DNA of 64,000 nt, taken from positions 131,888-195,887 of the forward strand of contig CAZGIH010000017.1 of assembly GCA_964526195.1 (NCBI GenBank), given 5' to 3'. The notes under the pieces were generated by a model. The model was not told where the DNA came from. It saw only the letters and a program-made list of their open reading frames with translations, and did no database searches. Made by a program: the position numbers and the translations under genes. Shown here piece by piece: positions 8,760 through 19,368 of the stretch. The stretch is from an uncultured Chromatiales bacterium (GTDB lineage: Bacteria > Pseudomonadota > Gammaproteobacteria > Poriferisulfidales > Poriferisulfidaceae). Each line of letters starts with the position of its first letter. The first letter of the stretch is position 1.

Positions 8760-9344
8760 ATGCCCACGTCTCTCGTTCGACCTCCTCCGCTGACCGGCAT
8801 GATCCTTGCCGGCGGCATGGCACGCCGCATGGGCGGACAGGACAAGGGGCTGATCCCCTACCAAGGGCGCCCATTGATCGCCCATGTCCTTGAGCGCCTC
8901 GAACCGCAAGTTCAGGCCATTCTGATCAACGCCAACCGCAGTCACGACCAGTACGCGCAGTTCGGTCACCCCGTGATCGCGGATGCGGAAGACGGTTTTC
9001 TAGGGCCGCTTGCCGGCATTCTCGCCGGATTGCGCGCCGCTCGAACGGAACTGCTGCTCTGCGTCCCCTGCGACAGCCCGGAGGTCGGCCCGAACCTAGC
9101 GGCCAAGCTTGCCTCTCCTTTTGCGCAGGCAGGAACCCGGATCGCCGTTGCAAGTTGCGCCGGACGCCTGCAGCCGGTCTTTGCAGTGCTGCACACTGAT
9201 CTTTCGGATGCCCTGGACGATTTTCTTCGTCACGGCGGGCGTAAAATTGACGAATTCTATGGCGCGCAGGGCTTCGAGGAAGTCCCTTTCGAAAACCCCG
9301 ATGAATTTCGAAACATCAACACCCACGAGGAATTGACGCTCTGA
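8760..9344 (+). CDS. mobA: Molybdenum cofactor guanylyltransferase MobA
   Basis: LAGGMARRMGG...DKGL motif. The length from M14 matches E. coli MobA (194 aa). Confidence 0.85.
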   Translation: MPTSLVRPPPLTGMILAGGMARRMGGQDKGLIPYQGRPLIAHVLERLEPQVQAILINANRSHDQYAQFGHPVIADAEDGFLGPLAGILAGLRAARTELLLCVPCDSPEVGPNLAAKLASPFAQAGTRIAVASCAGRLQPVFAVLHTDLSDALDDFLRHGGRKIDEFYGAQGFEEVPFENPDEFRNINTHEELTL

Positions 9345-9859
9345 TGGACTCCCAATCTCCCACCCTTTTGGGTTTCGCAGCATTCAGTGGAACCGGGAAA
9401 ACCGAGTTACTGACCCGATTGGTGCCAATCCTGGTGGAACAGGGGCTGCGAATCGGCATGGTCAAACATGCCCACCACGCGTTCGACGTGGATCAACCGG
9501 GAAAGGACAGCTACCGGCTGCGCAAGGCGGGAGCCAAGGAAATGTTGATTTCTTCGGGCCGTCGCTGGGCTTTGATGCATGAACTGGGCGAGGATGAAGA
9601 GGAAATGACCCTAGCCGAACTTCTGCCGAAGCTGGATGCCGAATCACTTGATCTGATCCTGGTGGAAGGCTTCAAACGCGAAGCTTTCCCCAAAATCGAG
9701 CTGTGCCGACCGGATTTGGGGCATCCGTACCTGTATCCGGATGATTCCAACATCATCGCCTTGGCGACCGATGCACCCCCGCCATCCGGATTGACACTGC
9801 CGCATCTCGACCTGAACGATCCCCCTGCCATCGCGGCTTTTATCCGGACGCTGCTCTAA
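9344..9859 (+). CDS. mobB: Molybdopterin-guanine dinucleotide biosynthesis adapter protein MobB
   Basis: P-loop GTGKTEL, 171 aa. ATGA-type overlap with the mobA stop. Confidence 0.85.
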   Translation: MDSQSPTLLGFAAFSGTGKTELLTRLVPILVEQGLRIGMVKHAHHAFDVDQPGKDSYRLRKAGAKEMLISSGRRWALMHELGEDEEEMTLAELLPKLDAESLDLILVEGFKREAFPKIELCRPDLGHPYLYPDDSNIIALATDAPPPSGLTLPHLDLNDPPAIAAFIRTLL

Positions 9860-10025
9860 CAAAACGACCTGTCCCGACACCCCATTTCGTCCGGTTGAAC
9901 CCCCTCACGCAACCGGCATGCAACAAAACGGCCATTTCTTGCGTGTAAAATGTGTTATCCAAAAATCTGGTCCAGAAGTTCGCGCAACTTGAGGGGGCGC
10001 GAAAGGTGTTGGATTTGGAATATTT

Positions 10026-11312
10026 ATGCCCGAGCGAAAAATCAAATTGACCAACGGCGGGAAGGAAGTCGAATTATCGATCGCTGAGTCGACCGAAGGG
10101 CCGGCGGCGGTCAACATCAGCAATCTGTACAAGAAACGGGGCTATTTTTCGCTGGATCCCGGATTCGTCTCCACAGCCAGCTGCCGGAGCGAGATCACCT
10201 ACATCGACGGAGACCTCGGCCTTCTGCGCTACCGGGGCTATCCGATCGAACAACTCGCGGAATCCGGCAACCATATCGAAACGGCCTACCTGCTGCTCAA
10301 CGGTGAACTTCCGACACAGAATCAACTGGACACATTTGCTCAAGAAATCAAGTCAGAAACAAAGATTCCCAATGGTTCGTGGGAACTCATGCAGGCTTTC
10401 GAGAAAGATGCCCATCCAATGGCCATGCTGATGGCCGGGCTGGCTCATCTCGCTTCGATCTATCATTCTGAATTGGACGTGTTCGACGAGGCGTATCGCC
10501 AGCGCATGGCGCGGCGATTGATTGCACAGGTCCCGGTTCTGGCGGCGCTCGGGTACCGCTATCGAACCGGTCAAGATCCCGTCGACCCCGACCCGGAGCT
10601 CGACTTTACGTCCAATTTCCTCCACATGATGTTCGGCTCAGAGCCTGAGCCCCTCTTCTCGCACGCCATGGACATCCTGTTCCTCCTGCACGCCGACCAC
10701 GAGCAGAATGCCTCTACGTCCACGGTCCGGCTGTCCGGCAGTTCCGAGACCAGCCCGGTCGCGGCCGTCGCTGCAGGCGTAGCAACGCTTTGGGGACCGT
10801 CGCACGGCGGCGCCAACGAGGCCGTAATCCAGATGCTCGAAGAAATTCATGCTTCGGATGTCTCAGTTGAGGAATACGTCGAGCAGACCAAGAACAAGGA
10901 AAGCCATACCCGCTTGATGGGCTTTGGGCACCGGGTCTACAAGAATTACGATCCGCGCGCGAAGCTAATCCAAAAAATCTGCTACGACCTGCTGGAGAAA
11001 CACGGGGAAGGCAATCCGAACTGCCCGCTCCTGGAAACCGCCATGGCCCTGGAGCAGGCAGCCCTGAACGACGAATACTTCGTGGTTCGCAAGCTATATC
11101 CGAACGTTGATTTCTACTCCGGCATCATTCTCAGGACCATGGGGATTCCCTTGGACATGTTCACGGTAATCTTCGCTACCGCCCGAACATCGGGCTGGGT
11201 CGCACACTGGCTTGAGATGATGGCGGACAAGCAGTTCCGAATCGGCCGTCCTCGCCAACTGTATACCGGACATACCCAGCGAGACTACGTCGCGCTCGAC
11301 CAGCGCGGCTGA
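10026..11312 (+). CDS. gltA: Citrate synthase (type II)
   Basis: 428 aa carrying citrate synthase signature motifs (GFGHRVYKNYDPRA). Confidence 0.95.
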   Translation: MPERKIKLTNGGKEVELSIAESTEGPAAVNISNLYKKRGYFSLDPGFVSTASCRSEITYIDGDLGLLRYRGYPIEQLAESGNHIETAYLLLNGELPTQNQLDTFAQEIKSETKIPNGSWELMQAFEKDAHPMAMLMAGLAHLASIYHSELDVFDEAYRQRMARRLIAQVPVLAALGYRYRTGQDPVDPDPELDFTSNFLHMMFGSEPEPLFSHAMDILFLLHADHEQNASTSTVRLSGSSETSPVAAVAAGVATLWGPSHGGANEAVIQMLEEIHASDVSVEEYVEQTKNKESHTRLMGFGHRVYKNYDPRAKLIQKICYDLLEKHGEGNPNCPLLETAMALEQAALNDEYFVVRKLYPNVDFYSGIILRTMGIPLDMFTVIFATARTSGWVAHWLEMMADKQFRIGRPRQLYTGHTQRDYVALDQRG

Positions 11313-11319
11313 TCCCGGC

Positions 11320-12471
11320 TCAAATCCCGGCAAAAAATTCCTGCACGACGGGCGAGAAGCGTTCCGCGTCGACCAAGAACGAGTCGTGGCCCTGGATAGA
11401 CGGGAGCACGACCAGTTCGGCTTCGCGTCCAGCCTTTTGCAGGCCGGCTACGATTTCTTTCTGCTGCTCAAGCGGAAAGAGAATGTCGCTCTCCACGCCG
11501 ATCACCAGAGTCTTGCGCACATGGACCCGGGCCAGCCCGGCATTAACCGTGCCGCCATGCTCGGCGACATCGAACAGATCCATAGCCCGGGACAGGTATA
11601 AATAACTGTTGGCGTCGAACGTGCCGATAAATTTCTGCGCGTTGTATTCGAGGTAGGACTCCACTTCGAACTCGACACCGAACATGTCGTCCGAGGCACG
11701 GTGCTCCGGTACCCGAGCCCGGTTGAAGCGCTGCCGCCATTCCTGAGCCGCCCGATAGGACATCAGTCCAAGTTTGCGTGCCAGGCGCATGCCGCAGAGC
11801 GGTTCAGCATCCAGTTCATAGTTGCCGCCCTTCCATTCCGGGTCGCAGCGAATGATCTCCCGTTGCAGCGACCGCACCGCGATCGTGAATGGCAAGGCCC
11901 GGCAGGCCGCTGAAATCACCAGGAGATAGTCCAACTCATCCGGGTACTGCAGCGCATAGGCCAACGCAGACATGCCACCCATGGAGGGGCCGACGACGGT
12001 GTGGACATGGTCCACGCCCAGTTCGCACATGGCATGGTGCCCAGCCTTCGCAATGTCTTCGATCGATAGTTCCGGGAAGCTCCCGCCATAAGGCTGGCCA
12101 GTCACCGGATCGCAGGAAGAAGGTCCCGTCGAGCCAAAGCAGCTACCCAGAGAGTTGACGCAGACCACGAAAAAGCGATCCGTGTCGATCGCCTTGCCAG
12201 GCCCAACCATATACTCCCACCAGCCAGCCGTGTCGTCTTCTTCATTGGATGCGGCATGGGCGGTCGGAGACAGCCCGGTGAAGATCAGGACGGCGTTATC
12301 CTGATTTCGCGACAAAGTGCCCCAAGTCTCATAGCCGACCTGAACCTGGGCCAGACGGCCACCACGGCGCATTACGAAATCGGTTTGTCCGTAGTCCCCC
12401 GGCAGGTCGAGAATGCGGGTAGCCGGCGGCGTACGATTATGCGCGCAGGGCTGGAAATCGGGGTGAGTCAT
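11320..12471 (-). CDS. metX: Homoserine O-acetyltransferase MetX
   Basis: Alpha/beta-hydrolase MetX family (GPSMGGMSALA, catalytic D and H). The start at MTHPDF (12471) gives an ATGA overlap with the upstream gene. Confidence 0.85.
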   Translation of the reverse strand: MTHPDFQPCAHNRTPPATRILDLPGDYGQTDFVMRRGGRLAQVQVGYETWGTLSRNQDNAVLIFTGLSPTAHAASNEEDDTAGWWEYMVGPGKAIDTDRFFVVCVNSLGSCFGSTGPSSCDPVTGQPYGGSFPELSIEDIAKAGHHAMCELGVDHVHTVVGPSMGGMSALAYALQYPDELDYLLVISAACRALPFTIAVRSLQREIIRCDPEWKGGNYELDAEPLCGMRLARKLGLMSYRAAQEWRQRFNRARVPEHRASDDMFGVEFEVESYLEYNAQKFIGTFDANSYLYLSRAMDLFDVAEHGGTVNAGLARVHVRKTLVIGVESDILFPLEQQKEIVAGLQKAGREAELVVLPSIQGHDSFLVDAERFSPVVQEFFAGI

Positions 12472-12935
12472 GCAAGGCGTCCGGAATTCGGCGCTAAATG
12501 ATAGCCCCGTCGAAGGCAATCCCGCAACCAGTCGAACAGGAATCGGTTACCGGAATAGCGGTGAGACAACCATTCCGTCCGAGAACTCCCTTCCGGAATC
12601 CGACCCGGGAGTAGCGAAATCCCGTGATGAGCAAGTAGTTCGACCTGCCGGGAATCCCGGTACAGGCGCAACTGTACATCCGGTGGGAACTCCGTCCCCT
12701 CTCCGTCTCGACAACAGGCCAAACCAAGCGTGGCCGTATGCCGAGTATGCTCATAGAACACCAGTTGCAGCGGTGGTTGATCTGGCAGGGAGTCATCGAG
12801 ATACGAATCAGGTTGCATGGCAGGGTTGCGCAGCGATGGGCACAGGGCGAGCAGGCACTGGTAGTTGACGTCGTAGAGCGCCATCAACGTGGCAGGCTGC
12901 GGGGTGGTGGCCAGGGATGTGGAGAATTCAGTCAT
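12468..12935 (-). CDS. DUF1249 (YqiB-like) family protein
   Basis: Alignable to E. coli YqiB (LCPSLRNP / VRLYHD~LRLYRD / FLADWLRYCL~FLFDWLRDCL). Start is uncertain (12935 or 12887). Confidence 0.5.
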   Translation of the reverse strand: MTEFSTSLATTPQPATLMALYDVNYQCLLALCPSLRNPAMQPDSYLDDSLPDQPPLQLVFYEHTRHTATLGLACCRDGEGTEFPPDVQLRLYRDSRQVELLAHHGISLLPGRIPEGSSRTEWLSHRYSGNRFLFDWLRDCLRRGYHLAPNSGRLA

Positions 12936-13176
12936 GATCCGGCGTGCCTGTGCGTATCTTCCGGGCGACCGACTCCATCTCCGGGTCCGGGGCGGCTTGT
13001 GCCCCCAAGAACATTTCCTGGAGTTCGGGGTCCGGGCATTCCAGTAGCCGCGCGAATGCCGCACGCTCGGCGGTGGAAGCCTGAGGATATTCTTGTTCCA
13101 GATACCGCATCAGCATGAGATCCAACTCCCGAGTGCCACGCCGGCAGTGCCAGCGCAACCGGTCCTGCTCCGACAT
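12928..13176 (-). CDS. sdhE: Succinate dehydrogenase flavinylation factor SdhE (YgfY/DUF339)
   Basis: 82 aa with the RGTRELDLMLMRY...ECPDPELQEMF signature. Confidence 0.8.
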   Translation of the reverse strand: MSEQDRLRWHCRRGTRELDLMLMRYLEQEYPQASTAERAAFARLLECPDPELQEMFLGAQAAPDPEMESVARKIRTGTPDHD

Positions 13177-13177
13177 G

Positions 13178-13960
13178 TCAGGACTTGCGCAAGGCCACCA
13201 TTTTCTTGATTTCGGCGATGGCCCGCGCAGGATTCAGCCCTTTGGGACAGGTCTGGGTGCAATTCATGATCGTGTGGCAACGGTACAATTTGAAGGCATC
13301 CTCCAAAGATTCCAGCCGCTCGTCCGTCGCCTGGTCACGGCTGTCCGCGAGCCAGCGCCATGCCTGCAGCAAGGCCGCCGGCCCCAGGTACTTGTCCGGA
13401 TTCCACCAGTAGCTCGGGCAACTGGTGGAACAGCAGGCGCACAAGATGCACTCTTCCAGGCCGTCCAACCGGGCACGGTCCTCCTTCTGCTGCAAGCGTT
13501 CGCGTTCCGGTTCGTCCGCGCCATTCTTCAGCCATGGTTCCACGGCGGCATACTGCCGGTAGAACCCCGACAGATCCGTCACCAGGTCCCGAACCACCGG
13601 CATGTGAGGCAGCGGATAGATCCGGATGTCCCCCTTGAACTGGTCCACTCCGCAGGTGCACGCCAAGGTATTGCGTCCATTGATGTTCATGGAGCAGGAA
13701 CCGCAGATTCCCTCGCGGCAGGAACGGCGGAACGACAGGGTCGGGTCGACCTCGTTCTTGATTTTGATGAGTACGTCCAGGATCATCGGGCCGCACTGGT
13801 CCAGATCCACTTCGTAGTGGTCCAGTCTTGGATTCTCCCTTTCGTCCGGTTCGTAGCGGTAGACCTGGAACGACCGTACGTTTTCGGCATCCGTCGGCGC
13901 GGGATACCGGCGCCCGTCCTTGCGAACGACCGCATTGGCAGGAAGGGTGAATTGAGCCAT
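13178..13960 (-). CDS. sdhB: Succinate dehydrogenase iron-sulfur subunit
   Basis: 2Fe-2S, 4Fe-4S and 3Fe-4S cysteine clusters ([39 protein letters not shown]). Confidence 0.95.
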   Translation of the reverse strand: MAQFTLPANAVVRKDGRRYPAPTDAENVRSFQVYRYEPDERENPRLDHYEVDLDQCGPMILDVLIKIKNEVDPTLSFRRSCREGICGSCSMNINGRNTLACTCGVDQFKGDIRIYPLPHMPVVRDLVTDLSGFYRQYAAVEPWLKNGADEPERERLQQKEDRARLDGLEECILCACCSTSCPSYWWNPDKYLGPAALLQAWRWLADSRDQATDERLESLEDAFKLYRCHTIMNCTQTCPKGLNPARAIAEIKKMVALRKS

Positions 13961-13979
13961 GGTCCGGTTCTTTCTCGTG

Positions 13980-15770
13980 TCAGTATACGCGGGCTTTCGG
14001 CGGAATCACTTCCACCTCATCATCCAAGGTATGCATGTGAACATCCCGGTATTCGATGCGGCATGATCCCTGTTCGCCGAACCAGCAAACCGTGTGCTTC
14101 ATCCATTCGTCGTCATTGCGTTCCGGGTAGTCTTCCCGGGCATGAGCGCCGCGGCTCTCCAGGCGATTCAACGCGGACTCCAGCGTCATCAGCCCCTGCG
14201 GCAGCAGGTTCTGCAGTTCCAAGGTCTCAACAAGGTCGGTATTCCATATCATGGATCGGTCGCTGACCTGAATGTCGCTGAAAGCCTGATTTGCGGCCCG
14301 GACCTGCTCCAAGCCGTCTTTCAGTGTTTCGCCGGTGCGGAACACTGCCGCGTGCTTCTGCATGACGCGTTGAAGCTGCAGACGGAGTTGCGCGGTCGGG
14401 GTGGCGCCATTGGCATGACGAACCTTGTCGAACTGATCCAGGATCCGTTCCACTGCCGAGGGCGGCGCTTCCGGATGAGCACCACCCGGCGTAATGAGTT
14501 CCGTTGCTCGCATGGCCGCTGCGCGACCGAAGACAACCAAGTCCAGCAAAGAGTTGGAGCCCAAGCGGTTCGCCCCGTGCACCGAAACGCAAGCCGCCTC
14601 CCCAATGGCCATCAATCCCGGCACCACTGCATCCGGGTCCCCATCTCGCACCGTCACCACTTCGCCCTTGTAGTTGGTCGGAATGCCGCCCATGGTGTAG
14701 TGCACCGTCGGCAAGACCGGGATCGGCTCACGAGTCACGTCGACCCCGGCGAAGATGCGTGCCGATTCCGCGATGCCGGGCAGACGCTCCTTGATGACGT
14801 CGGCACCGAGGTGTTCCAGGTGCAGGTGAATGTGATCCGCTTCAGGGCCGCAGCCCCGTCCTTCGTTGATCTCGATGGTCATCGAGCGGCTCACCACGTC
14901 GCGCGATGCCAAGTCTTTGGCATTCGGCGCGTACCGTTCCATGAAACGTTCACCCTTGCTGTTGGTCAAGTAGCCTCCTTCTCCCCGCACTCCCTCCGTG
15001 ATCAGGCAGCCGGCGCCGTAAATGCCGGTCGGATGGAACTGCACGAATTCCATGTCTTGCAGGGGCAACCCGGCACGTTGCACCATGCCGTTGCCGTCCC
15101 CGGTGCAGGTATGTGCCGAGGTGCAGGAGAAATAGGTGCGCCCGTATCCCCCCGTCGCCAACAACACCGTGTGGGCGTGAAAATGGTGCAATTCCCCGGT
15201 TGCGAGATCCCAAGCGACTACGCCACAGCACCGGCCGTCGTCGTCCATGACCAGATCCATGGCGAAGTATTCGATGAAAAATTGAGCCTGATGCTTGAGA
15301 GACTGCTGATACAGCGTATGCAGGATGGCGTGGCCGGTTCGGTCTGCGGCAGCGCAGGTACGTTGCGCGATCCCTTCGCCAAAATGCGTCGTCATGCCGC
15401 CGAAAGGACGCTGGTAGATCTTGCCTTCGTCCGTCCGTGAAAACGGAACCCCGTAATGCTCGAGTTCAATGATGGCCGGAATCGCCTCACGGCACATGTA
15501 CTGGATGGCGTCCTGATCGCCCAGCCAGTCGGAACCCTTGACCGTGTCATACATGTGCCAGCGCCAATCGTCCGGCCCCATGTTGCCGAGTGCCGCACTG
15601 ACTCCGCCTTGCGCGGCGACCGTGTGGCTGCGAGTCGGAAACACCTTTGTGATGCAGGCGGTCGACAAACCCTTCACGGCCATGCCTAAAGTCGCGCGAA
15701 GCCCGGCTCCACCGGCACCGACAACCACAACATCGTAATGATGCTCGATCAGTTTGTAGGCGTCAGTCAT
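13980..15770 (-). CDS. sdhA: Succinate dehydrogenase flavoprotein subunit
   Basis: FAD-binding [24 protein letters not shown]. Start at MTDAYKL (15770), ATGA overlap with the sdhD stop. The ORF-track 5' extension is rejected. Confidence 0.95.
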   Translation of the reverse strand: MTDAYKLIEHHYDVVVVGAGGAGLRATLGMAVKGLSTACITKVFPTRSHTVAAQGGVSAALGNMGPDDWRWHMYDTVKGSDWLGDQDAIQYMCREAIPAIIELEHYGVPFSRTDEGKIYQRPFGGMTTHFGEGIAQRTCAAADRTGHAILHTLYQQSLKHQAQFFIEYFAMDLVMDDDGRCCGVVAWDLATGELHHFHAHTVLLATGGYGRTYFSCTSAHTCTGDGNGMVQRAGLPLQDMEFVQFHPTGIYGAGCLITEGVRGEGGYLTNSKGERFMERYAPNAKDLASRDVVSRSMTIEINEGRGCGPEADHIHLHLEHLGADVIKERLPGIAESARIFAGVDVTREPIPVLPTVHYTMGGIPTNYKGEVVTVRDGDPDAVVPGLMAIGEAACVSVHGANRLGSNSLLDLVVFGRAAAMRATELITPGGAHPEAPPSAVERILDQFDKVRHANGATPTAQLRLQLQRVMQKHAAVFRTGETLKDGLEQVRAANQAFSDIQVSDRSMIWNTDLVETLELQNLLPQGLMTLESALNRLESRGAHAREDYPERNDDEWMKHTVCWFGEQGSCRIEYRDVHMHTLDDEVEVIPPKARVY

Positions 15771-16105
15771 GTCAGGAAGTGCAGGAGCCCCGCAAAGGCA
15801 GCAACGAGGGCAAGGAGGAGGATCAGTTGGGCGATGCGGTGCATGATCCGGTTCCATCCCGGATTGCTGACATAGTCGTCGATGATGACTTCAAGGCCGA
15901 GTTTGGCGTGGTAGAGCGACGCCAGGAAGAACAGGCCCAGCCAAAGAGCTGTGTCGCCCTGCCCGACCCATTGCCCAAAATGGGCCAGATCCGCCAGGTT
16001 TCCGCTACCCAAGGAATAGATCAGCCAAACCGACAGGGGAATTAACGCGACCGAGGTGATCCGCTCCAACCACCAGTGCCGCCGTGCCGTGCCGGATCCG
16101 CTCAT
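15767..16105 (-). CDS. sdhD: Succinate dehydrogenase membrane anchor subunit SdhD
   Basis: About 112 aa, 3 TM helices. Start at [16 protein letters not shown] overlap with sdhC. Confidence 0.8.
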   Translation of the reverse strand: MSGSGTARRHWWLERITSVALIPLSVWLIYSLGSGNLADLAHFGQWVGQGDTALWLGLFFLASLYHAKLGLEVIIDDYVSNPGWNRIMHRIAQLILLLALVAAFAGLLHFLT

Positions 16106-16479
16106 GTCCAGATCCAGGCCCAGACGGCGACCGTCAGCGTAGTGGACCCTGCCAAGACCAGCCAATTGCTTGCCTGCACGGCCGGCATGCTGAGTCCGAC
16201 GCAAGCATCCCAGATCAAGTGCCGGATTCCGGTGCACAAGTGAAATGCCAGCGCGAACGTCCAGGCGATCAACACGACCTGTCCCAGCGGATGCTGCAAC
16301 CCTGTCATGGCAATTTGCCAGAGGGCCGGCGCATAGGCCGCTGCCGCAATCAGGAAAGCCAACGCGACCGCAGCAGCCGTCAGCAACACGCCCGTAATGC
16401 GATGGCTGATCGATAAAACCGCTGCCAGCGGCAGGCGATAGATCTGCAGATGAGGCGATACAGGGTGCTCAGGCAACAT
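16102..16479 (-). CDS. sdhC: Succinate dehydrogenase cytochrome b556 subunit SdhC
   Basis: 125 aa, 3 TM helices, heme-ligand histidines. First gene of sdhCDAB. Confidence 0.85.
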   Translation of the reverse strand: MLPEHPVSPHLQIYRLPLAAVLSISHRITGVLLTAAAVALAFLIAAAAYAPALWQIAMTGLQHPLGQVVLIAWTFALAFHLCTGIRHLIWDACVGLSMPAVQASNWLVLAGSTTLTVAVWAWIWT

Positions 16480-16601
16480 CGTGCACGAGAAAACTTGGAG
16501 TGGTAGGCAGGGAAAAATTCAAGTTTATTATGCCAAAACCGGCCACAAGTGGAGTCAGTCCCGCGCTTTGGGGCGGCGGATCTGATTTATCCGGAGGGGG
16601 T

Positions 16602-16677
<76 letters not shown>

Positions 16678-16750
16678 GCCACTGTGGCGAGTTATTTTCC
16701 CTGTTCGGCAGGCGAGTGTCAATTCGCAATAAGGTAAAATCCCTGCAACC

Positions 16751-17296
16751 ATGCAGACACTTCCACGCAGGCAGCAAGGTGCATGGATCGCCATCGGGCT
16801 GATCCTCCTGATCGTCTTCTCCCGGCTTATTCCGCACCCTCCGAATTTCACCCCCGTGCTGGCGGCGGCGCTCTTCTGCGGCACTCTATACATGCGCCCT
16901 TCTCACGCCCTTGTGGTTCCGCTGCTCGGCATGGCCGCCGGAGACCTGGTGCTGGGATTCCATGACCAAGTCTGGGCCGTCTACCTGGCCGTCGCCCTGT
17001 GCGTAGGACTCGGTCGCTGGATGCTTAACCCTCCGGGCGTGCTGACCACTTTGGGGGCTGGCGTTTCCGGCTCTGCGCTGTTCTTCCTGCTGACCAACTT
17101 CGCAGTTTGGCTGCAGGGCGATTTTTATCCAATGACCACGGCTGGGTTGCTTGCTTGCTATGTGGCCGCAATTCCATTCTTTCACCACACGTTGATCGCC
17201 ACTCTGCTGTTCGGGCTTGCCTTGTTCGGCCTTTCACGGCTACTCCAAAGCGACCAACCTTCCGGCGGCCTGCTTCCCACTCAACATTACGGATGA
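16751..17296 (+). CDS. Uncharacterised polytopic membrane protein (HPPNFTP motif)
   Basis: 181 aa, about 5-6 TM helices. Its TGA overlaps the next gene's ATG. Confidence 0.5.
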   Translation: MQTLPRRQQGAWIAIGLILLIVFSRLIPHPPNFTPVLAAALFCGTLYMRPSHALVVPLLGMAAGDLVLGFHDQVWAVYLAVALCVGLGRWMLNPPGVLTTLGAGVSGSALFFLLTNFAVWLQGDFYPMTTAGLLACYVAAIPFFHHTLIATLLFGLALFGLSRLLQSDQPSGGLLPTQHYG

Positions 17297-18021
17297 CTAG
17301 AAAACCGATTGCCTGGCTCGGCGCCCTGCTGCTGGCCGCAAGTTTCTCCTCCCTTGCCACGGATGATTCCCCACCACAGGTCCTGGACGGGCTGTGGAGT
17401 GGTGAATTCGACATCAAAGGCCGGGGACCCTACGACTTTACCGCACTGTACGTGGGCGGAATTGTCTCGGCCTATAGTGTGAGTTCCAACGTGGTCTATC
17501 GTGGCACCGTGGTCGGCGATGAACAGACATACCAGTCCAACATGTCGATGTACATCCGCGACGGTTCCTTGTTCGGAACCGTGCAGCTAAACGGAGCGGT
17601 AAGTGAGCAGGCCTCCGTGATTACCGCTCAGTACTTGACCACGGGCGAGGACACCGGCACGCTGACCTTGAACTACGACCCGCTGTTCGAGCGCACGGTC
17701 GATGTCGCTGAACTTGCGGGGCTGTGGGAGTATATCTCGGATCAACTCAGCATCAGCATCAACGTGATGCCGACGGGCGAAATCAAGGGGACGGACAGTA
17801 CCGGGTGCAATTACTATGGGACTCTCAAGAAGATTCGCCCCAGCATCAATGCCCTGAACGCGAACTTGGAGCTTGCCTCCTGCAGTACCGCGGACGGTCA
17901 CTACGCCGGGATGGCTCATGTCGGGGACACCCAGGCCCAGAATGACACCCTGCATCTGCACATCACTGGCGATCACTTCGGCCTTTACTATCCCCTGCGG
18001 AAGATCGTCTCAGCGCAATAG
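17293..18021 (+). CDS. Secreted hypothetical protein (signal peptide MTRKPIAWLGALLLAASFSSLA)
   Basis: ATG at 17293 overlaps the upstream stop (ATGA). The N-terminal signal peptide supports this internal start rather than the ORF-track start at 17107. Confidence 0.5.
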   Translation: MTRKPIAWLGALLLAASFSSLATDDSPPQVLDGLWSGEFDIKGRGPYDFTALYVGGIVSAYSVSSNVVYRGTVVGDEQTYQSNMSMYIRDGSLFGTVQLNGAVSEQASVITAQYLTTGEDTGTLTLNYDPLFERTVDVAELAGLWEYISDQLSISINVMPTGEIKGTDSTGCNYYGTLKKIRPSINALNANLELASCSTADGHYAGMAHVGDTQAQNDTLHLHITGDHFGLYYPLRKIVSAQ

Positions 18022-18822
18022 TTCTCCCCGGCGCAGATGCGCCCCCACCCGCTCCCTGAGAAACTCCCGCGCTTGATTCATCGCGTCTTGGGTGACCTGG
18101 GCATCGTAGGCCACCCGTTGTCCTAAGTAAATGCTGTCGACACCTGGTGCGTCGAAGCTGTGATAAGCATCTTCATAGATCACCAGTTCGACCCGTTCAG
18201 GGCGAACCGAGATCATCACCTTGCAACGTTGCGCCGGCGTCCACTGATCCTGCCCGCCGATCAGGATCAGCAGGTCCGTGTGCGAGTTTCCGAACTGATC
18301 CAGGCACCAGGGTGCAACTGCGATCGCTCCCACAAACGGCTGTTTTGAATTCAGATCATCGTGCAAAGCGAGTAGGACCGTCGTCGCGCCATGTGAGAAC
18401 CCGGTCAGGTAGACTTCCTGAGCGGCCACCCAAGACTGCTCCATCAGCCAGCGCTTCGCCGCATGCGCATCCCGAGCCCGCTGCCAGGTTGGAATGGCGA
18501 ACAAACTGCCACAGATGTTGTCTTGTCCGCGAGGCCCGAAGCTGTCGACCTGCAGGACTGCGAAGCCCCAGTCAAGATAGCTTTCGAACCAGGGTTTCGA
18601 ACGCACCGGCCAGATCCCGTTGCAACCATGCAAATCCACGATAGCCGGATGCGGACCCTGCCCCTCCGGCCGATACAGGTAGGCGGTCAGTTCGATTGTG
18701 TCCTCGGATTGATAGACCGGTGCGGTAAAGATGATTTCCTGCGGCGGGGGCAAGGTCTCGGCCGAAGCTGCAGAAAGCCACAAGATCGCAACAAGAGCGT
18801 ATTTGGATTTACACATTGACAT
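18010..18822 (-). CDS. Dienelactone hydrolase family protein (secreted)
   Basis: Alpha/beta hydrolase with DLHGCNG and GFSHG nucleophile elbow. Signal peptide after M30/M32. Confidence 0.65.
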   Translation of the reverse strand: MSMCKSKYALVAILWLSAASAETLPPPQEIIFTAPVYQSEDTIELTAYLYRPEGQGPHPAIVDLHGCNGIWPVRSKPWFESYLDWGFAVLQVDSFGPRGQDNICGSLFAIPTWQRARDAHAAKRWLMEQSWVAAQEVYLTGFSHGATTVLLALHDDLNSKQPFVGAIAVAPWCLDQFGNSHTDLLILIGGQDQWTPAQRCKVMISVRPERVELVIYEDAYHSFDAPGVDSIYLGQRVAYDAQVTQDAMNQAREFLRERVGAHLRRGELLR

Positions 18823-19354
18823 GGCTTGCCAAGCGGCGATAGCGACGTCGGAGGTCGGCCAGCGAATAAGCGGCATTGGCCGGACTTGGATTGGGTGTGA
18901 CATATACACGCGCCTCTCCGATTATTCGCGACTGCAACCCCCAGCGGATTTCCCTCGGAGACAGGTCAAGAGCGTGTTTCAAGAAATGGCGATACGCCTG
19001 CTTGCCGTGAAACCAAGCCCAGACTGGTCGGATTTCTTCGATCAACTGTAACAGGCGCGGCGCATCGCGCCGGAAATCTCCGGCCCGTAATTCATGCCCC
19101 TGCCGGCTGGGTCGCTTGACCACATCGGTAAACCCGATCCGATCCTGCTCCAACAGCACTTGATGGCGCAACCGCGAGGGTTCGCCTTGGGATTCGGCCA
19201 AGCCTGATTCATCGAAGGCTCGCCAGAAACGATTCCGAGGATTGGCGAAATAGAAGCCTTCGCGGATCGAGATGAGAGAAGGATTAAGCCCTACCGACAG
19301 GACGCGTAAACCGGAATCGACATAATCCGGAAGCATCGCGCGCGACGGAGTCAT
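18809..19354 (-). CDS. mug: G/U mismatch-specific DNA glycosylase (Mug/TDG, UDG family 2)
   Basis: GLNPS, NPRNRFW, TDVVKRPS and VTPNPSPAN motifs of Mug. Confidence 0.75.
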   Translation of the reverse strand: MTPSRAMLPDYVDSGLRVLSVGLNPSLISIREGFYFANPRNRFWRAFDESGLAESQGEPSRLRHQVLLEQDRIGFTDVVKRPSRQGHELRAGDFRRDAPRLLQLIEEIRPVWAWFHGKQAYRHFLKHALDLSPREIRWGLQSRIIGEARVYVTPNPSPANAAYSLADLRRRYRRLASHVNV

Positions 19355-19368
19355 AATTGAGATCCCCT

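Noticed and set aside
8649-8969. 106-aa minus-strand ORF
   Set aside because: It is antisense to mobA, which has clear homology, and has no homology-like motifs.
11312-11345. Terminator-like sequence after gltA
   Set aside because: cccggctcaaatcccggc is not self-complementary, so no credible stem forms.
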